Assembly (NCBI GenBank): GCA_040954595.2
Contig: CM082583.2
Coordinates: forward strand, 9,472,254 to 9,536,253
Reading direction: 5' to 3'
Length of the DNA stretch: 64,000 bases
Source: Balanoglossus misakiensis
Taxonomy: Eukaryota > Animalia > Hemichordata
Shown here: one piece after another, positions 25,401-39,100 of the stretch
How the letters are laid out: every line of letters starts with the position of its first letter
Numbering within the stretch: position 1 is the stretch's first letter
The notes under the pieces: model-generated
What the model saw: the letters and a program-made list of their open reading frames with translations, nothing else
Told to the model about the DNA's origin: nothing
Databases searched by the model: none
Program-made: the position numbers and the translations under genes

Positions 25401-28350
25401 GTTTGCTTTGATAATATGTGTAAAGCTGTCAACATCTCTGGATTAGCCAGTTTGTTGATGGTGTCTTTGTTGATGCTTTTAATAGAGAACTAATTGGTTC
25501 TCTAAGTTTAGAGATTGGCCCCGGATGTGAATTGGCATTAAAATTCCAAGGAATTATCTTGTCATCAGGTTTTTTGTATCCAATAGTGCGTTGTTGAAAA
25601 CACGTTGTTGGACACGTGTTACTTAATTATTCAAAGTCTGTTTTCGGTGCAGTTGTATGTGGATTTCAGTTCTAGCAACCACTTAGAAAGTTAGACAATT
25701 TTTATATTTGATGTTTGAAGACTACCAGCCTGAGTGAGCTGCCGATATACATTTCATGAGTTGTTCCAGCGCAATTGGATGGTTGTCTGGTGTCAATTAC
25801 ATGCTTGGGTTGGGATATGCCAATCCAGTTGTTTGGTTGTGGGTAATGAGCCACTTGAAATTTGCATATAAAAGCAAAAACCCCTGGTGAGGGGGACTTG
25901 AAGAGCTGCCGGGACGCTCCTCGCTGTTATGTAAATATTAGTAATTATCAGGTTGTTGTGAAACTTTAGGGGGAGTTTGGATGCGATGGTTTAGTCTAGG
26001 TGGCCATGGTTTATTTTCAAATGCATGCACTACAGGGGTGGGTGGCTTTTAAGTGACAGTTAGTGATGATTTTGTTGGTTTTAGCGATTAAAATGAATGT
26101 TTTGAGGCTGTTGCCCAGTAAGTAGGGGGAGCGAAACCTCTTTGTTGGTCTGTTGACGTTCGCTCAAGCAAAATAAGCTCACGTTTCCAAGACAGTGAAG
26201 GAAAGTCTTGTTTTGATTCGTACGGTTGATTTCTAAGCTTCACCTGGGGTAAACAAAGCAAAACAAAACAAAAGATGCAGTCGAGGAAATTTGGGGTCTG
26301 TAACAATGAATACTCATTCAGTGAGTGTCTTGTCATGGGTGATGGGTAAAGAGCCATGGAAGAAAATTGAGACGGATGATTTCTTTCTGTCAACTGTGGG
26401 AAAAGTGTTGGTCGTACTGAAAGGCAAACGAGAGGGCCATTGTGTATACACAGGAAAATTAGGTTAGGTGTTGGCCCCTTGAAAGTTCGCCGACTTCTGT
26501 TTACAGGGGAAAAGTTAAACGGTCACAGTGCTTTCACCTCTGACCCTGTGACTTTAAAGAACGATTTAATGACTGGATTAGGAGACGTCGGGATATCAGT
26601 GGCTGTATTGTGTACATGCCGACCGTTCTGGTGGACGTGTTTGAAGTTTTATAAGATTGGCGAAGGAAATGTTATGGTGTAGTGCCAATTTAGTTTTATA
26701 GACATGATCCCGCACTCGAAAGCACAGCAAGGGGGGTGTTTCTCCTCGCTGTGTGTGTACACAGAATCCAATCCTGTCTGCACAGCTTGAGTGCCTGACA
26801 TGAAGTAGCCTGCCCTGAACTTCCAATCTTGGTGGCAGTTTGCGCCGCACGTGCCCCAGACATGTGCGTATGCTCGATTTAACCGTAACATGATAGCGCG
26901 ATTCAAGTTTATTGGAATAAAACGTCAGAGTGAGTTTGTGTTTGGTTGGAAAATACACCGCATTGCCTCGAGCAGTGCCTAGAAAAGTTTCAAGGAGAGC
27001 GTAGGCATTCTGGTTGAGGCCATTCTGTTTGAACAGGGTGCTTTTGTCTTTTAATTTTCATTGGTGACAAATATATCGTACAATCGTTTGAATGTGATGA
27101 GGATACAATTTATTGTAGACACCATCATCCATCGGCCTCAGTGAGGAGAATTCATTGTTAATGCAAATTCATATTAGTACCACAAAAGTTCACGCGTCAC
27201 ACAATGCCACAGTTCATCACACAGCCTAACATTTCTAGGAGTCGGAACGCAACAGAACAGACCATCAGGGCAGTATAGAGCACAACATTGCATCACAGAG
27301 TACTGGGTCTGTGAACCTCAAACCATGGCTGCCAGTGATGGATCACTCGGTGCGATCAAGCTGGGTTCAGGCCACGGACTTTGTTGGTTTTTTTCGCTGG
27401 CTGCTCCCAGGGAAAGCTTGTCACTCAGTTATCCTGAATTAACCTTCCTCTCTTGCCCACAAATAAATAAACTCTTAAAACGCAGAACCCCCAAGAGTAA
27501 GTGCACGTAGACATACATGTACATCAGTATTCAGCTTGTCCCCCCTATCCCTTTGTTGGATATGTACTCTGAACAGCCCAGTCTCCAATCTGTTGTTATT
27601 ACAACTGGAAGAGACGTGTGCATTCATGTGGACGTACAGGGACCACTGGCTAAGTCTGACTTTGCTTCCTTTATATTGGAAAACAATGCTGTGAGCGAGG
27701 TTGAATTCTTTCCAATTTCAGTCGGCATCTTGCCCCCAATTTAAAGCACAAACTAGTATCTGCCGTGGCCGCAATTGCGGAAGCGTGTCTCTAAGACTTG
27801 AAAATTTATCAAGATCGGCGGAAGTTATCCGTGGAGGTCAGTAAGGTGAGATGATTCTTCTTGTTGGTCTTTTTTGTTTCACTGCAGTGCACATTTCTGC
27901 GTTTGTATCTGTCTTGGCACCACTCTCTGCTCATGATCCAAACTTTGGAGTGTTGGAACACTGTGTATTGGTTTTGTTGTCGGAAAAGAGCCAACTTGTG
28001 AGGAACTGAGGCAGATTATAAACTTAACCAACATATCATTAGGAGCCATATATGTCATCCTTTTATTATTATGAAACTGCGTGTTTCTTCCTTCTTCCTA
28101 GACAGATGGCTTTGAAATCAATAGTGATGTAGGTAATACACACTGGGGAACATGAAAATCACACACATCTGATCGGGCTGCTGTCAAGGCTTTACATAGA
28201 ACAAATACATCTTGAGCAACTTCATCTGGTATATTTACCAATGGTAAACGTGATCCCTTTGGCTATTTCTGGTTTTTGTCAAGTGCCTCGGCATCATCGG
28301 TTGCTTTGCCAAGTCTTCGACCAACTTCATCCGTTAGAGTTAGTCAGATG

Positions 28351-28387
28351 TTTTTTTTTTTTTTTTTTTTTTTTTGGGGGGGGGGGG
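28351..28387. repeat. Abutting homopolymers T25-G12
   Basis: Read directly from the sequence. Confidence 0.9.
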
Positions 28388-29519
28388 AGTATTTTACTCA
28401 GCAGATGAAGAGTACACAGGCTCTCCCCAAACCAGTTGGAACAAATTGTTTCTGCGAGACAGCTGTACATGTATCTCCAGTGTCAGGAGAATTCTTTTAA
28501 TTATCTGAAACGTGGGGCTGTCGTGTACTGGGACATTAATTTCAGAGAGGGATTTTATCGACTTCCATGTCAGATACAAAGAACTTTTATGGCTAGAAGA
28601 TTGTGCAGTTATGTGATTTTGTATTTTTTTAAATGCTTTTCTCTCCGTAAAAAAATCTGAACAACTGAATTGGGTGTCTGAGCCAGACACAGGTGATAGT
28701 GATACACTCTGTGGATGAAATGGAGGATGGAACATGGTCCTGCTGTGATCAGACACGTCTGGATTTATGTCATGTAGCACACGCGAGTGTCCAATTCCAA
28801 GCTTGTGCTGCAGATTTTCCAGTTTATTTAACAGTGTCAAGGAAAGTTACGGAATGTATGCCAGATATTCCAATCTTCCTTGTATGCCGGACCCTGGAAT
28901 TTGATGCTTACAGTAGCCCCGGTGAATTGTTTGCAGGGTGATGTGGCCTGGTTCCAAGTCTTCTTGCAATGTCGACCAAACGCTTCTGGTACTCAGACTG
29001 TCGCACGAGCAACAAACAAATTAAATGGAAATATTATGTCTATGATGTATCAGTTGGCATATTTATGCAAAACAAATGATTTGAATCGAAATCACCATTT
29101 GTGGCATCGTCTCCCATCATGCATTTGACTCTCATAAACATTCCTGTGTTTATTCCGGTATTTGCAAGTTAGAGATGTTCAGTTAAAAACACAAGAGGGT
29201 AAAAAATATTGGTGGGTTGGTATTTAGGATGGCAAACCAGAGAGTGTTGCAACTTGCAGGCTACTGATGAGATGCCTGTCCCAAAATAACCTGTCCATCT
29301 GTCAGGGTATTTATAATTGCGTCCATGAAATGCAGCTATTTTCTAAGAAGAAGGCCACTGGACTGAAATAACCCATATTTCATGTTTACAGTTGCTAGTA
29401 TTAGGCGGCTTGCTTTAAAAGTCTGGTGATATGCAAAGCTTTTAGGTGATTAAATGCAAAGCCATGAAGTTGTCAACATTTGAGTTGATAAATCCCACAG
29501 TACAGGCTATAATTACACA

Positions 29520-29775
29520 ATGCTTGTTTCGCGGACAGACAGACAGACAGCTATTGTTCCTGCATCAGTGATAGATTGTATTTAGTCTATCCAAACCTAG
29601 TGTCCAATAATGTTTAAGAACAGACCACACAGTTTTGAAAAAGTTGCAAGTTTTGTAAATTTTCATCAAGTATATTTCATTTATCACACATTCACATCAC
29701 AGTCAACATGAAAATAACTTGTGACAAATTCCAGAGAGATCCGCTAATCGCCTTTTGGAGATTATCTCGCCAAGT
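29520..29775 (+). repeat. Fragment of a (GACA)n-containing interspersed repeat (pearl/Tsp/HINE-like)
   Basis: ggacagacagacagacag at 29533-29550, plus aaattttcatcaag and aaattccagagagatccgctaatcgccttttggagattatctcgc, resembling core modules of such elements as I recall them. A similar degenerate GACA tract lies at 25043-25070. Confidence 0.35.
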
Positions 29776-30066
29776 GTCTCCTTCAACCTTCCGTAAAACA
29801 AAGGGCTTGTGTCCAAAAAACATGAACTTAGCAAAGCAGAACAAATTATTCTATCATATCCACGTCTGTCTCGGTTTGGTCTCTCATTTCACTCATTATT
29901 TTTTCAGCCTTTTTTCGACATTTCTGCCCGTATCCCCTTACTCTATTTAATTATTTTTCTCATGTCCACTTATCCGTAGTACCTGTTCGATGCTGCCTGC
30001 ACACAATACAGTCTGTGATGACAACCCCAGCTATTATGTTTAGTGTCTCTGTGTACAGTAATCCTT

Positions 30067-30070
<4 letters not shown>

Positions 30071-30106
<36 letters not shown>
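30071..30106. repeat. (AG)18 microsatellite
   Basis: Perfect AG repeat. Confidence 0.97.
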
Positions 30107-30112
<6 letters not shown>

Positions 30113-33100
30113 CCTGCAGAATAGGATTGTGTTTTGTCCTTGGTTCTATTTAGACGTGATTACGGACTCCCCTCCAGTCTTTGTGTTTGATTAACTTCTT
30201 CTCCCCGTGGCTGCTGGCTGCTCCCCTGTACAATGTGTCTATTATTATTTGGTGGCTCCGTTGAGCTGTTGGATCGGAGTACGTGAGGTCCTGAATATCG
30301 CCTAGAACTTTCCGTGAAACACCTGCAATGTGGTGGCGGTACACATTCATTTGCCAATTCGGGTCCATGGAGAGAATTTTCAAAAAATTTGGAAGATGTA
30401 TGCATCACACCACAAACCTTCAATCAGTAACAAAGACTATGAAATAAACTTTAAAACTGACATAGCTGTTAGTCTTCCTGATTCATATTAAATGCAGCCA
30501 ACCTGTGATTACCCCATTAATTCAAGGCAACATCAATTTACCAAATGAAGTTTGCTTTGCGGGAGATTCCGGACTCCTGCGTCCCCCCGAATCCCGGTCA
30601 CCAAGCAACTGCTTTGATTTACGCTGGTTATTAACATAAGTAGTGCCACCGACCAATCAGATAGTGAGATGGTTCGGCTTATCAACATACTAGGCATGAG
30701 TCAGTGCTTGGATTTTTTTTAAACAGTTGGAGAGTAGAGGAGAAGTTTGATGTGATGTGATGTCAGGAAGCAGGCTGCGTTCAATCAATCAATCAAAATT
30801 CTCAAGTGACTGCAGGCAAGAGGAGTATAATAACACAAGGCTTTGATTTCTTGGTAATTATATTTCAAGCCGGTAGTGTGGGGTGTGACCTGATTGCAGT
30901 GTGCTGAGACCTTCTGTGTATGTGCTTGGCAGAATGCGCTGGATAAGCCGGGACGATACATGGTGTGATGTAGATGCCTGAAGTGGAGCATTCCAGTTCT
31001 TGTTACGTACGAGTGTTTGTTGTTGTTATGACCGGCACTCCATTCCTGTATCGGGAAAGGTAGGTCCGGTTTATTAATTATGATGGAAAATTCTGGCAGG
31101 ATTTTACACACACATACATCACTTCCAGTTGGATGACTTTATACCTCCTTGGTATTATTAAGGCAAAATTGCATTGATAATATATTCATTGTACCCTCAG
31201 GCTTGCATGTGATTCCTCTCCGCTCATGTTTGTTGAAACAAGCACAGCTTGACCCATATACAGACATGAAGAGTGCCTGCAAGTCAAGATGCATTCTGTG
31301 TTTCACAGCAAAGCAAGCTCCCTTTTTAACAGAATATTGATCGAATGACGTCATGTCATAATGTTGAAAAGCAAATCGGCATATGACTTAAATACAGTAT
31401 TGTATCGTCAGAGCAATTGGTGTACGTGAGAAAGTCTCTTAAAAGCGCTGTGGCAAACCAGAAACCAACAGAGTTGTTAATTCGCTTCTGATGTTTTGCT
31501 GAAACAAGACAAGTGCATATTCAGCTCAGTTGCAGTCGGATTGTTGACAATGATTTCCATTATGAGAGACAGCTGCCTTGTATTTTTCCACAGATTAGCT
31601 TCACAGAGCAACAACGTGTCAGTGTGTTTTCTGTGAGAGAGTCTCGCTGTTCCGATGTTGCATGCTGTTACCGGGCAGGTCAGGGCTTTCTGTTATGGTG
31701 AGAGAAAATGATTTAATGTGTAAGGCTTGTAAACTTTCCTGGCATGCACTCGAAACATTGTTAATGTCTGAGTCGGAAATTCAAACATCTGTGTGGAAGT
31801 TTGCGTTGAATGATACTTTCCACCCTGAGGGAATTACTGAAAATTTCTAGTATGGGAGCACGTAATTAAAGCCGGCCCATATGATTTGCACAGTTGAGGT
31901 CATTTGATGAATAAAATCAGGCCAGTTTGTTTCAAACTTTTTTCCCTGTTTGCGGGAGACACTCACTTGACAATTGATGTAAAAATAGATCAGGGATTGA
32001 AGGGGCATCCTGGTGTCTGAGGGAAGACATCCATTGCTGGACTCTTCTCGAACACATGCAGTCAAGCTGATTACTGCGTATTGTAAGCATACAGTACCTC
32101 ATACTGCTCAAGACCTGATCACTACATGGCTTCAAGCTGAGAGGACCCAGCGCAACTTTTGAGTTCAGCTGGCTTTAGAAGGTTGTCTTGGATTTAGAAG
32201 GCTAGTCTTGCCCATGAAAGGCCGTCCACCCGTGGATCATAATGATCATGTCTCCCTGAAATTGACATCTGAACCTATACTTGAGATCTCACATAGGGAG
32301 GTTTAGATATGGTAATTCCCCCTTGCACGCCACAGGGAATCTGGGCAGACGAATTTCACAATGAGAAATGTTCTGTTAGACACGGATGGCTCATGTCATG
32401 CACAGCATTCGATGTGGGCCGTGATTCAGGTCTTTGCTACTTAACAAAAAGTACATCTGGATGAGTAAGAAGAGCTAACGCTAACAGCAGACCAACAAAA
32501 TCAGTTTCTGTATTGGAGCATGGCCAGCCCTTTAGGTGCATTTGACACTGACAGAAATGCCCCGAACATATAAATAGAAGCAAGCCTCTGGGCATAGCAA
32601 TGAGATAAGGCTCCAGACAAATTATTCACCAGGGTTTCTGCCTGATCGAGTCAGCTTAGATTAGCTTCATCAGTGTGTTTTCTAATCACCTGTTACTGGA
32701 GATAAGATGTCACCAACAGACTGACATTGGCCACCTTGGCAAGTGATTGATTCCAGTGGGTGTCGTTTTGCTTTGCTGATTTTCACAACAAAGTTGCGGC
32801 TGTCCGTTTGAGAAAGTCATTCCAGCGTGATTGGTTTTCCAACATTGAACATCCCAAGGTTTTGGTTTGATAGTCCAGCAGTTGCCATCCATCACCACCG
32901 GAGTAATGTCTGTGATGCCAATGATCCATGAACCTCTCCCATTTTGAGTAATCCCAAAACCCATCATCTAAGCTAGCTCAGTTAAAAACGTTTACTCCGA
33001 TTCAATGTTAAGACACTGTTTGATCAACTGCTGTGTAGATGGTACTGAACTTTATACTAGTTGCTCAATAAAGCTACATACAAACTCCAGTCCACTAGAT

Positions 33101-36100
33101 AATCAAGACATAATCCAGTTGTAATGTTACCAAGGACGCGATGATGATACTGATCAGGACTGTTGACCTGAGTTTCCCCCTCGTTTATTTGCCTCTTTAA
33201 TGACTCAGAACAGGCCTCTGCTGTGATTGCTTGGTTTTTATGTCAAATATCTGGATCTGTGTCAACCTTGGCCCTGTCAGTGTCCCTGGTCTCTTGATAA
33301 GCCAGTAGAGGCAGACTAGCAAAACAAACATTAGAATTTGACCATCATTATCATGGTCTTTATCTCCTCTCCACTGCTGTGTCATTCATTTTGAAAAACA
33401 AACACGTAAAAGAGTCTGAAGTTCTTGATGTGGTGACACATACGTTACTTGTACCTGCAGTAATCGGAATAAAAAGAATACTGGTGTGGTTAGCTGAGAT
33501 GTTAGGGTGATGCAATCTTCACAAAGTTTGAATTTGTCGCACAAAGAGCCAAAAACTGTGTCAGTGTTGTTTGTCTGGCCCCTGGCGCAGTCCCATGATT
33601 TATGGTGGCTCAGAACGCGACTCCGACGGTGCTTAGGAGTGACCTCACTAAGAACATGACAGTTGTTTTGTTGTGTTATATATTGTGTTTATGATCCATT
33701 GTGTTCAGAAAGAAGAAACCTCGCCAACTGTTCCAGGGGCAGCTAGCACACTGGAGTTGCAATCAGGTTTGTATGTGAATCTTAAAGGTAGCATTTGATT
33801 TGTCCTGGTCTCTTCAATTGTCTTGCTGGAGATCTGTCGCCTCTAACCTGATGCACGTGATTTGGACAAGCCTATGCTTGATCTGTGGTGTGTCCTTAAA
33901 ATGAACTCTCTGCCGAGAATAAACAAGTTATGTTTACCAAGATTATGGGATCACACTCGGAGCAACCATGGACTTTGTTGTCATACATGTTACTTACAAA
34001 CTGCATGGTGTTCTATGTCGCTGTGATTGTTTTGAAGGGGTTTCAATCACACGCTTTATTCAACTTTCATAATTTTACTGGGGTTTTGAATAGGAGAAAT
34101 ATTAAACTCTTGTGTATAGCATACATGAGTTTTTGTTTTGCTATGCAGTAATACAAGCAAATTGACCTTCGTAAGAGATATTTTGCTTTTGTAATAGTGA
34201 TCATGTCATGTCATGTTGATGGTTTTCATCTTGCAGCTGATGAAAGATTTTGCGTGCGTCATTTCCTTGATTACGGTACTGGGACATTCTAAAACATTGA
34301 CTTCACATATTAAAATTGGCTCATTTGCCAACATCATTTGGTGTATATACATTTATGTATGCTATCAAAGAAATGTCTGGGGATTGTTGCAATTAATGTT
34401 GTTATCACTGGTAATGCAAGTCTTGCTGGCGAAAGACTTTGAAATCTCTGAACATGTTTCGTGGAAAACGCAGTCTTTATGTTGTCGTGCTTAGATGCTG
34501 TTTTCCCTTCTCAGCAGCAGTTTAGCCGCCTTTAAGATCCCAGACGCTCTTGTCACCAAATGATCGATGTGAAGATTTATCACCGCTGCTTGGCTCTCAG
34601 GGTGTAATAGGGTGAAGGACAGTCGTTACAACAAGAATATTCTCCTGAAAAGGGGACACATATCGTATTTCAAGGACTGGGTGTGACTTTGACTCTAAAA
34701 CATTGTTAGCAATTTTTAATATATAATATATCTGATACTGAATCCCTTTGTTTCGATGAAAGATAGTACTGTTCTTCTTGTTGGAAATAAAACTCTCCCT
34801 CTGCAGCCTCTAGTTTGTTCGTTTTTATGACACCTATTGATTTTATTCAAAGCTAGTACGAGGTTTTGAAGCCTGATAAGTCCCACTGAAAATGTGACGC
34901 ATATTCATCTACACCATCAAACATGACATAAGCAGTGAGATGTCTTGATTAGACAGACTGCCATTGAAGGTACACTGTGCCTCTAGGATATGATACTGAA
35001 GGAAAAAAAAATTCTCTTCTGGATCAGTAAACCCATTCCGTGAAATTAATTGCCAGAAGTCTTTTAGGAAACCATGGTTGACCTGTTTCTGTCGACCCAA
35101 GTGACAACAGTTGCCAATTGTCGGTTGTCTGGGTTGAATAGAGGAGGCCCAATGCAAAGAATTCACAGAAGTCTACAAGCCTGTAATTAAAACAGAGACA
35201 TTTACTGAATCGTTCAAATTTGAGAAAGATTTATGAATGAATTAAGGACATGTATAATCACTGCTAGCACAATATGTTGGGAATTCTAATATCTGAATTC
35301 TAATATCTAAATATGCCATATTTGACACAACTTATGGCATATATATGATATCGGTGGATCATCAAACAATGTGAAATTTACCCTTAATGCACTTCGATGA
35401 GTCACCTACTGCTGCAGGGTGAGTTGATGAAATAAAAAATAGCGTGCAGACTATTTGCACTCGTGTTTTTATACGCCATGGATCTGCCGGCTGAAGAAAT
35501 ATTTAGTGTTGGGCAGTGTGTAATCTTTGCATAAGAGTGTACCTGGCACGGAGGTTTTCTTGTGCAAAATTTATTTTTATAGACTGAACGGGAGCTGCGA
35601 TAATTTGTCCAGACATGCAGACACAGATTGCCTTATCATTGTAAAAATATTGACAGACATGTTTGATGTTCCCTTGTCGACTTCAAGTCACGATTATTTG
35701 CTGATTTTTGCCACACAACAGGTTCAACATTACAGTTCCTATGCAATGAAGAGACTCAAAGGGGACTCGCCTGAGTAAGCAAGAGATTTCAAAATCTGTT
35801 AAAATGGCCGTACAGATAAACTTGAAAATTAATTCCTATGTACTGTAGGGAGTAAAAATGGGACTGTATATAGTCACCATTGGAAATGTTGGCTATCCAA
35901 CAGAATCATTTCAACTGTCTGATGATGTGAATAATAGGCCTACAATTATGTGCCAAGCAAGACTCTAAGTCAATATTCATCAATATCCTGACTGACATCA
36001 GACTTTCACTGATAGAGATGCAGGTTTCCATGGCAGCAGTTGATGTCATTGTAGAAGAAATGCAGGTACATTCATTATAAATTGGCAGCCTGGACAAATG

Positions 36101-39100
36101 TAGTGTATAATTTAGTGCAGTTCAGCTCTTATCGCCGTTTCTAGAGAAAAAAAAATGACCTGAAATCCACTCTGCTAGATCTTCACTTTGATTGGCAGCT
36201 CAGGCAGCTAGAGGTCTGATTTGAGTGTCAAATTCTTTAGACCTTGTCACAAATTGGACAAATTTGATAAAAGTCCTCATTTTCAATGTTCAATGAACCG
36301 ACCAGGAGTGTCGTCAAATTGCATTAACGCAGTTTTGCAAAGCACACTTGTGAATTGTACAGTAGTGCTTATAAATATTCAAATTCTAAGTCCGATGTCA
36401 TCATGGTCATATTATCTATTCAGAGTTTAAATTGCTGAGTTCATAGAGGCTGTCATGTATACTACTCTTAATGGTTCAAATCATTGTCATTCAGATGTAG
36501 GCAAATCGCATCATTCACTACACCCCAAGTTTTATATTCATCATGATCACCACGGTCCAATTAAGACGATGTCAGTTAAATTCAAACACGATGTCATCTA
36601 GAGGACACGCCTCACAGTGTCGTTTATATTCAGGACACGTCTCTCTACTCTTGATGTTGAACTGACCCAATTATTCAGGGCAGCTGAGGTCAGCCAATAG
36701 GGAGCGATGTTGATGGCATAATTAGAACAGAGAACCTTGACTGGAGATTGTGACCTGATATTGGATGTGATCATACAGACAATTTGGGGGAAGTGGGGCT
36801 GACTTTTAACACTTCAGAATGTTGACTTTTGATGTAATGACTTATTAAGTGTTTTATCACTCGCTCAACAAAATGGTATTTTAACATGGAATGTCATTCA
36901 GAGTAAAAATAAAATCCCCATGCGATGCATTCCAGGGAGTCATTGAAAAATGACTGACTGTCAGTTTGATTCCGTAATTGATATCAGAAGTGACGAGGTG
37001 GAAGGGGAATGTCAGGTTTATCCACTTGGTGTTGATGTAACAGTCACAACTCCCGAGAGATGCCATTAATACCTCCAATGCTGACACCCTAATCCAGTCA
37101 GTTGAAATTTCCCGTGTCATTGAAATTAAGTGTTTTTGTTGTCAGCAAAAAATAATCAGTATTTGTAACACTTTATCATATTGAATTTTTGCCACAAATG
37201 AGGTAATTTCCTGTTTATCCACCGAAGTAACCTTCCTTGGGTCATTGAACAAAATTTTCTGAATGATGTATTTCCTCCATGTTTTTAATGTCAGATGATA
37301 ACCTTTTCACCGACCATTATAGTCAACTCATTTTTCATTTTTTAATATACCAGAATAACCTTGGTAATTGACAGAAAAGCAATTTCTTGATGCGTGTGTT
37401 GTACATTTCCTGTCCAGTGTCTAATGAAACACATAATCGTACTACAGGGAGTTGATCCAACAGCCATTGACCCTTTCAGTGCCATTCAGCTCATTAGTCG
37501 ATCGAGTCTCGGAGGCAGACACCCTTTAATGCTCCCAGCAAGGACAGACGACTGAATGAAGATCGAAGTCTGTTCAAGACTTTCAAGTCAGATGGTGCAA
37601 GGGAGGAGAAGGCAGGAGTGAGTCGCTTCCCAGTCCTTGCAAAGCCTGATGCTGATTTATGGGGGTGCGATGTTGTCATGCCAACCAGACATCGGGGGCA
37701 TTAAGCCGGTGTCCTGGATGACAGAAGCCATGTTCTCTCCGGGCGATAATGAGGTGCTGCAGTAAGTCCATTTTATGGTTTCCTGACTGCTTGCGCATTG
37801 AGTGTTGTAACAGCTCATCGTTCAAGACTGCCGAGGGGTGGAACAGTCCCGGTTTTCCATTTTGGATTTCAAATTGGCTCGTCAACTCAATGGTCTTGAT
37901 GAGTCATTGGATCGAGAGGGTTTTGTCTGCGATTCCCCGGAGAGTAAATCTGTATACAGGGTTGGGTCTCCCTGAAGGTGGACAAGATGAGACTCTTGTG
38001 TAATGAAGGAGTACAGTGATGGGAACCATCAAATCCCGGAAGAGGATGAAGAAATTGGGGGAGGGAGGGGATGGGCAGGAAATGGTGTGGAAAGGAGAGG
38101 AGTGTACATCATTGGAAAGGAAGTTGTTTGCCGGAAGACTTTTGAGTGACTTCTTGCAAAAAAATAGAGAAAATAGAGAAGATGGAACTGCTGGAAATTT
38201 CACCACCATGGTTCAGTCCAAACCCATTGATTTCTATGGCAAAGTTGGACCTCTAAAGAGGGAACTGGGGTGAAAGGGTTAAGACATGAAGTCTCATCAG
38301 GAGATTGACAATGCAGTTGTGTATGTGGTGATGGGTATTGTCTGTCAACTCTTCGTATGGATCGGGGATGATTCATCGGTGATGTGTTACCATCAATATC
38401 ATCCACAGACTGTTATTGAAACTTAGCCTTGCTTGTCAAGCTGCTCAAGGTTTCCATCTGGAAAAGTGCATTGTGCCACAAACCAGGATCTGGTACTTTA
38501 GCTACTAGCAAGTACACAGATTGGACAGGTCATTTTTATGTGAAATATCTTCTACATTCCTGTACTCAGGCTATGTGACTTCTCAACACCAATGAGACAC
38601 TAAGATAATGCATGTGGTATCTGGGCCAGTTGGCTTTGGTACGCTCAGAGCAGGACATAATTATCACTGACCTCATGCTACAATGATTTTCTCTGCAATT
38701 TGAGGATGATCATATTTTTTAATGATCTATAATTAAATCATGTCATCTCTGTTTCATCTATTGCGGGAGACATGCTAAAACTCAAGTGCCAAGGACTGAG
38801 ATTTGATACGTAACAGGGCACCGAAGTCAACATTCTTGATGCATGATGGTGGTGTGATGATGATGATATCGGCCAGCGTATGTTCAACTACTTTGCAAAC
38901 AGAGAAATGGAGTAGATTGGGCACGTGAATTGTGAAGCCCATAGTGGATGATCAAGTGCTTCTGCAGACGGGGGAATTTATCATGTTTATGGGCAGAGTT
39001 TGCTGAAAAGTAAGCAGGTCGGAGGTCACTAAAGGTCACAAACGAGTAGTAAATGACATGAAATCAGAGCTCGTCCCCGAAGTTTTATGGTATGCATTAG

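Noticed and set aside
33484-33498. Partial match to miR-34 (gtgtggttagctg)
   Set aside because: Seed absent and no precursor hairpin seen.
37498-38273. GC-richer stretch with several open frames and a GTGAGT donor
   Set aside because: No recognisable protein similarity and no consistent exon chain.
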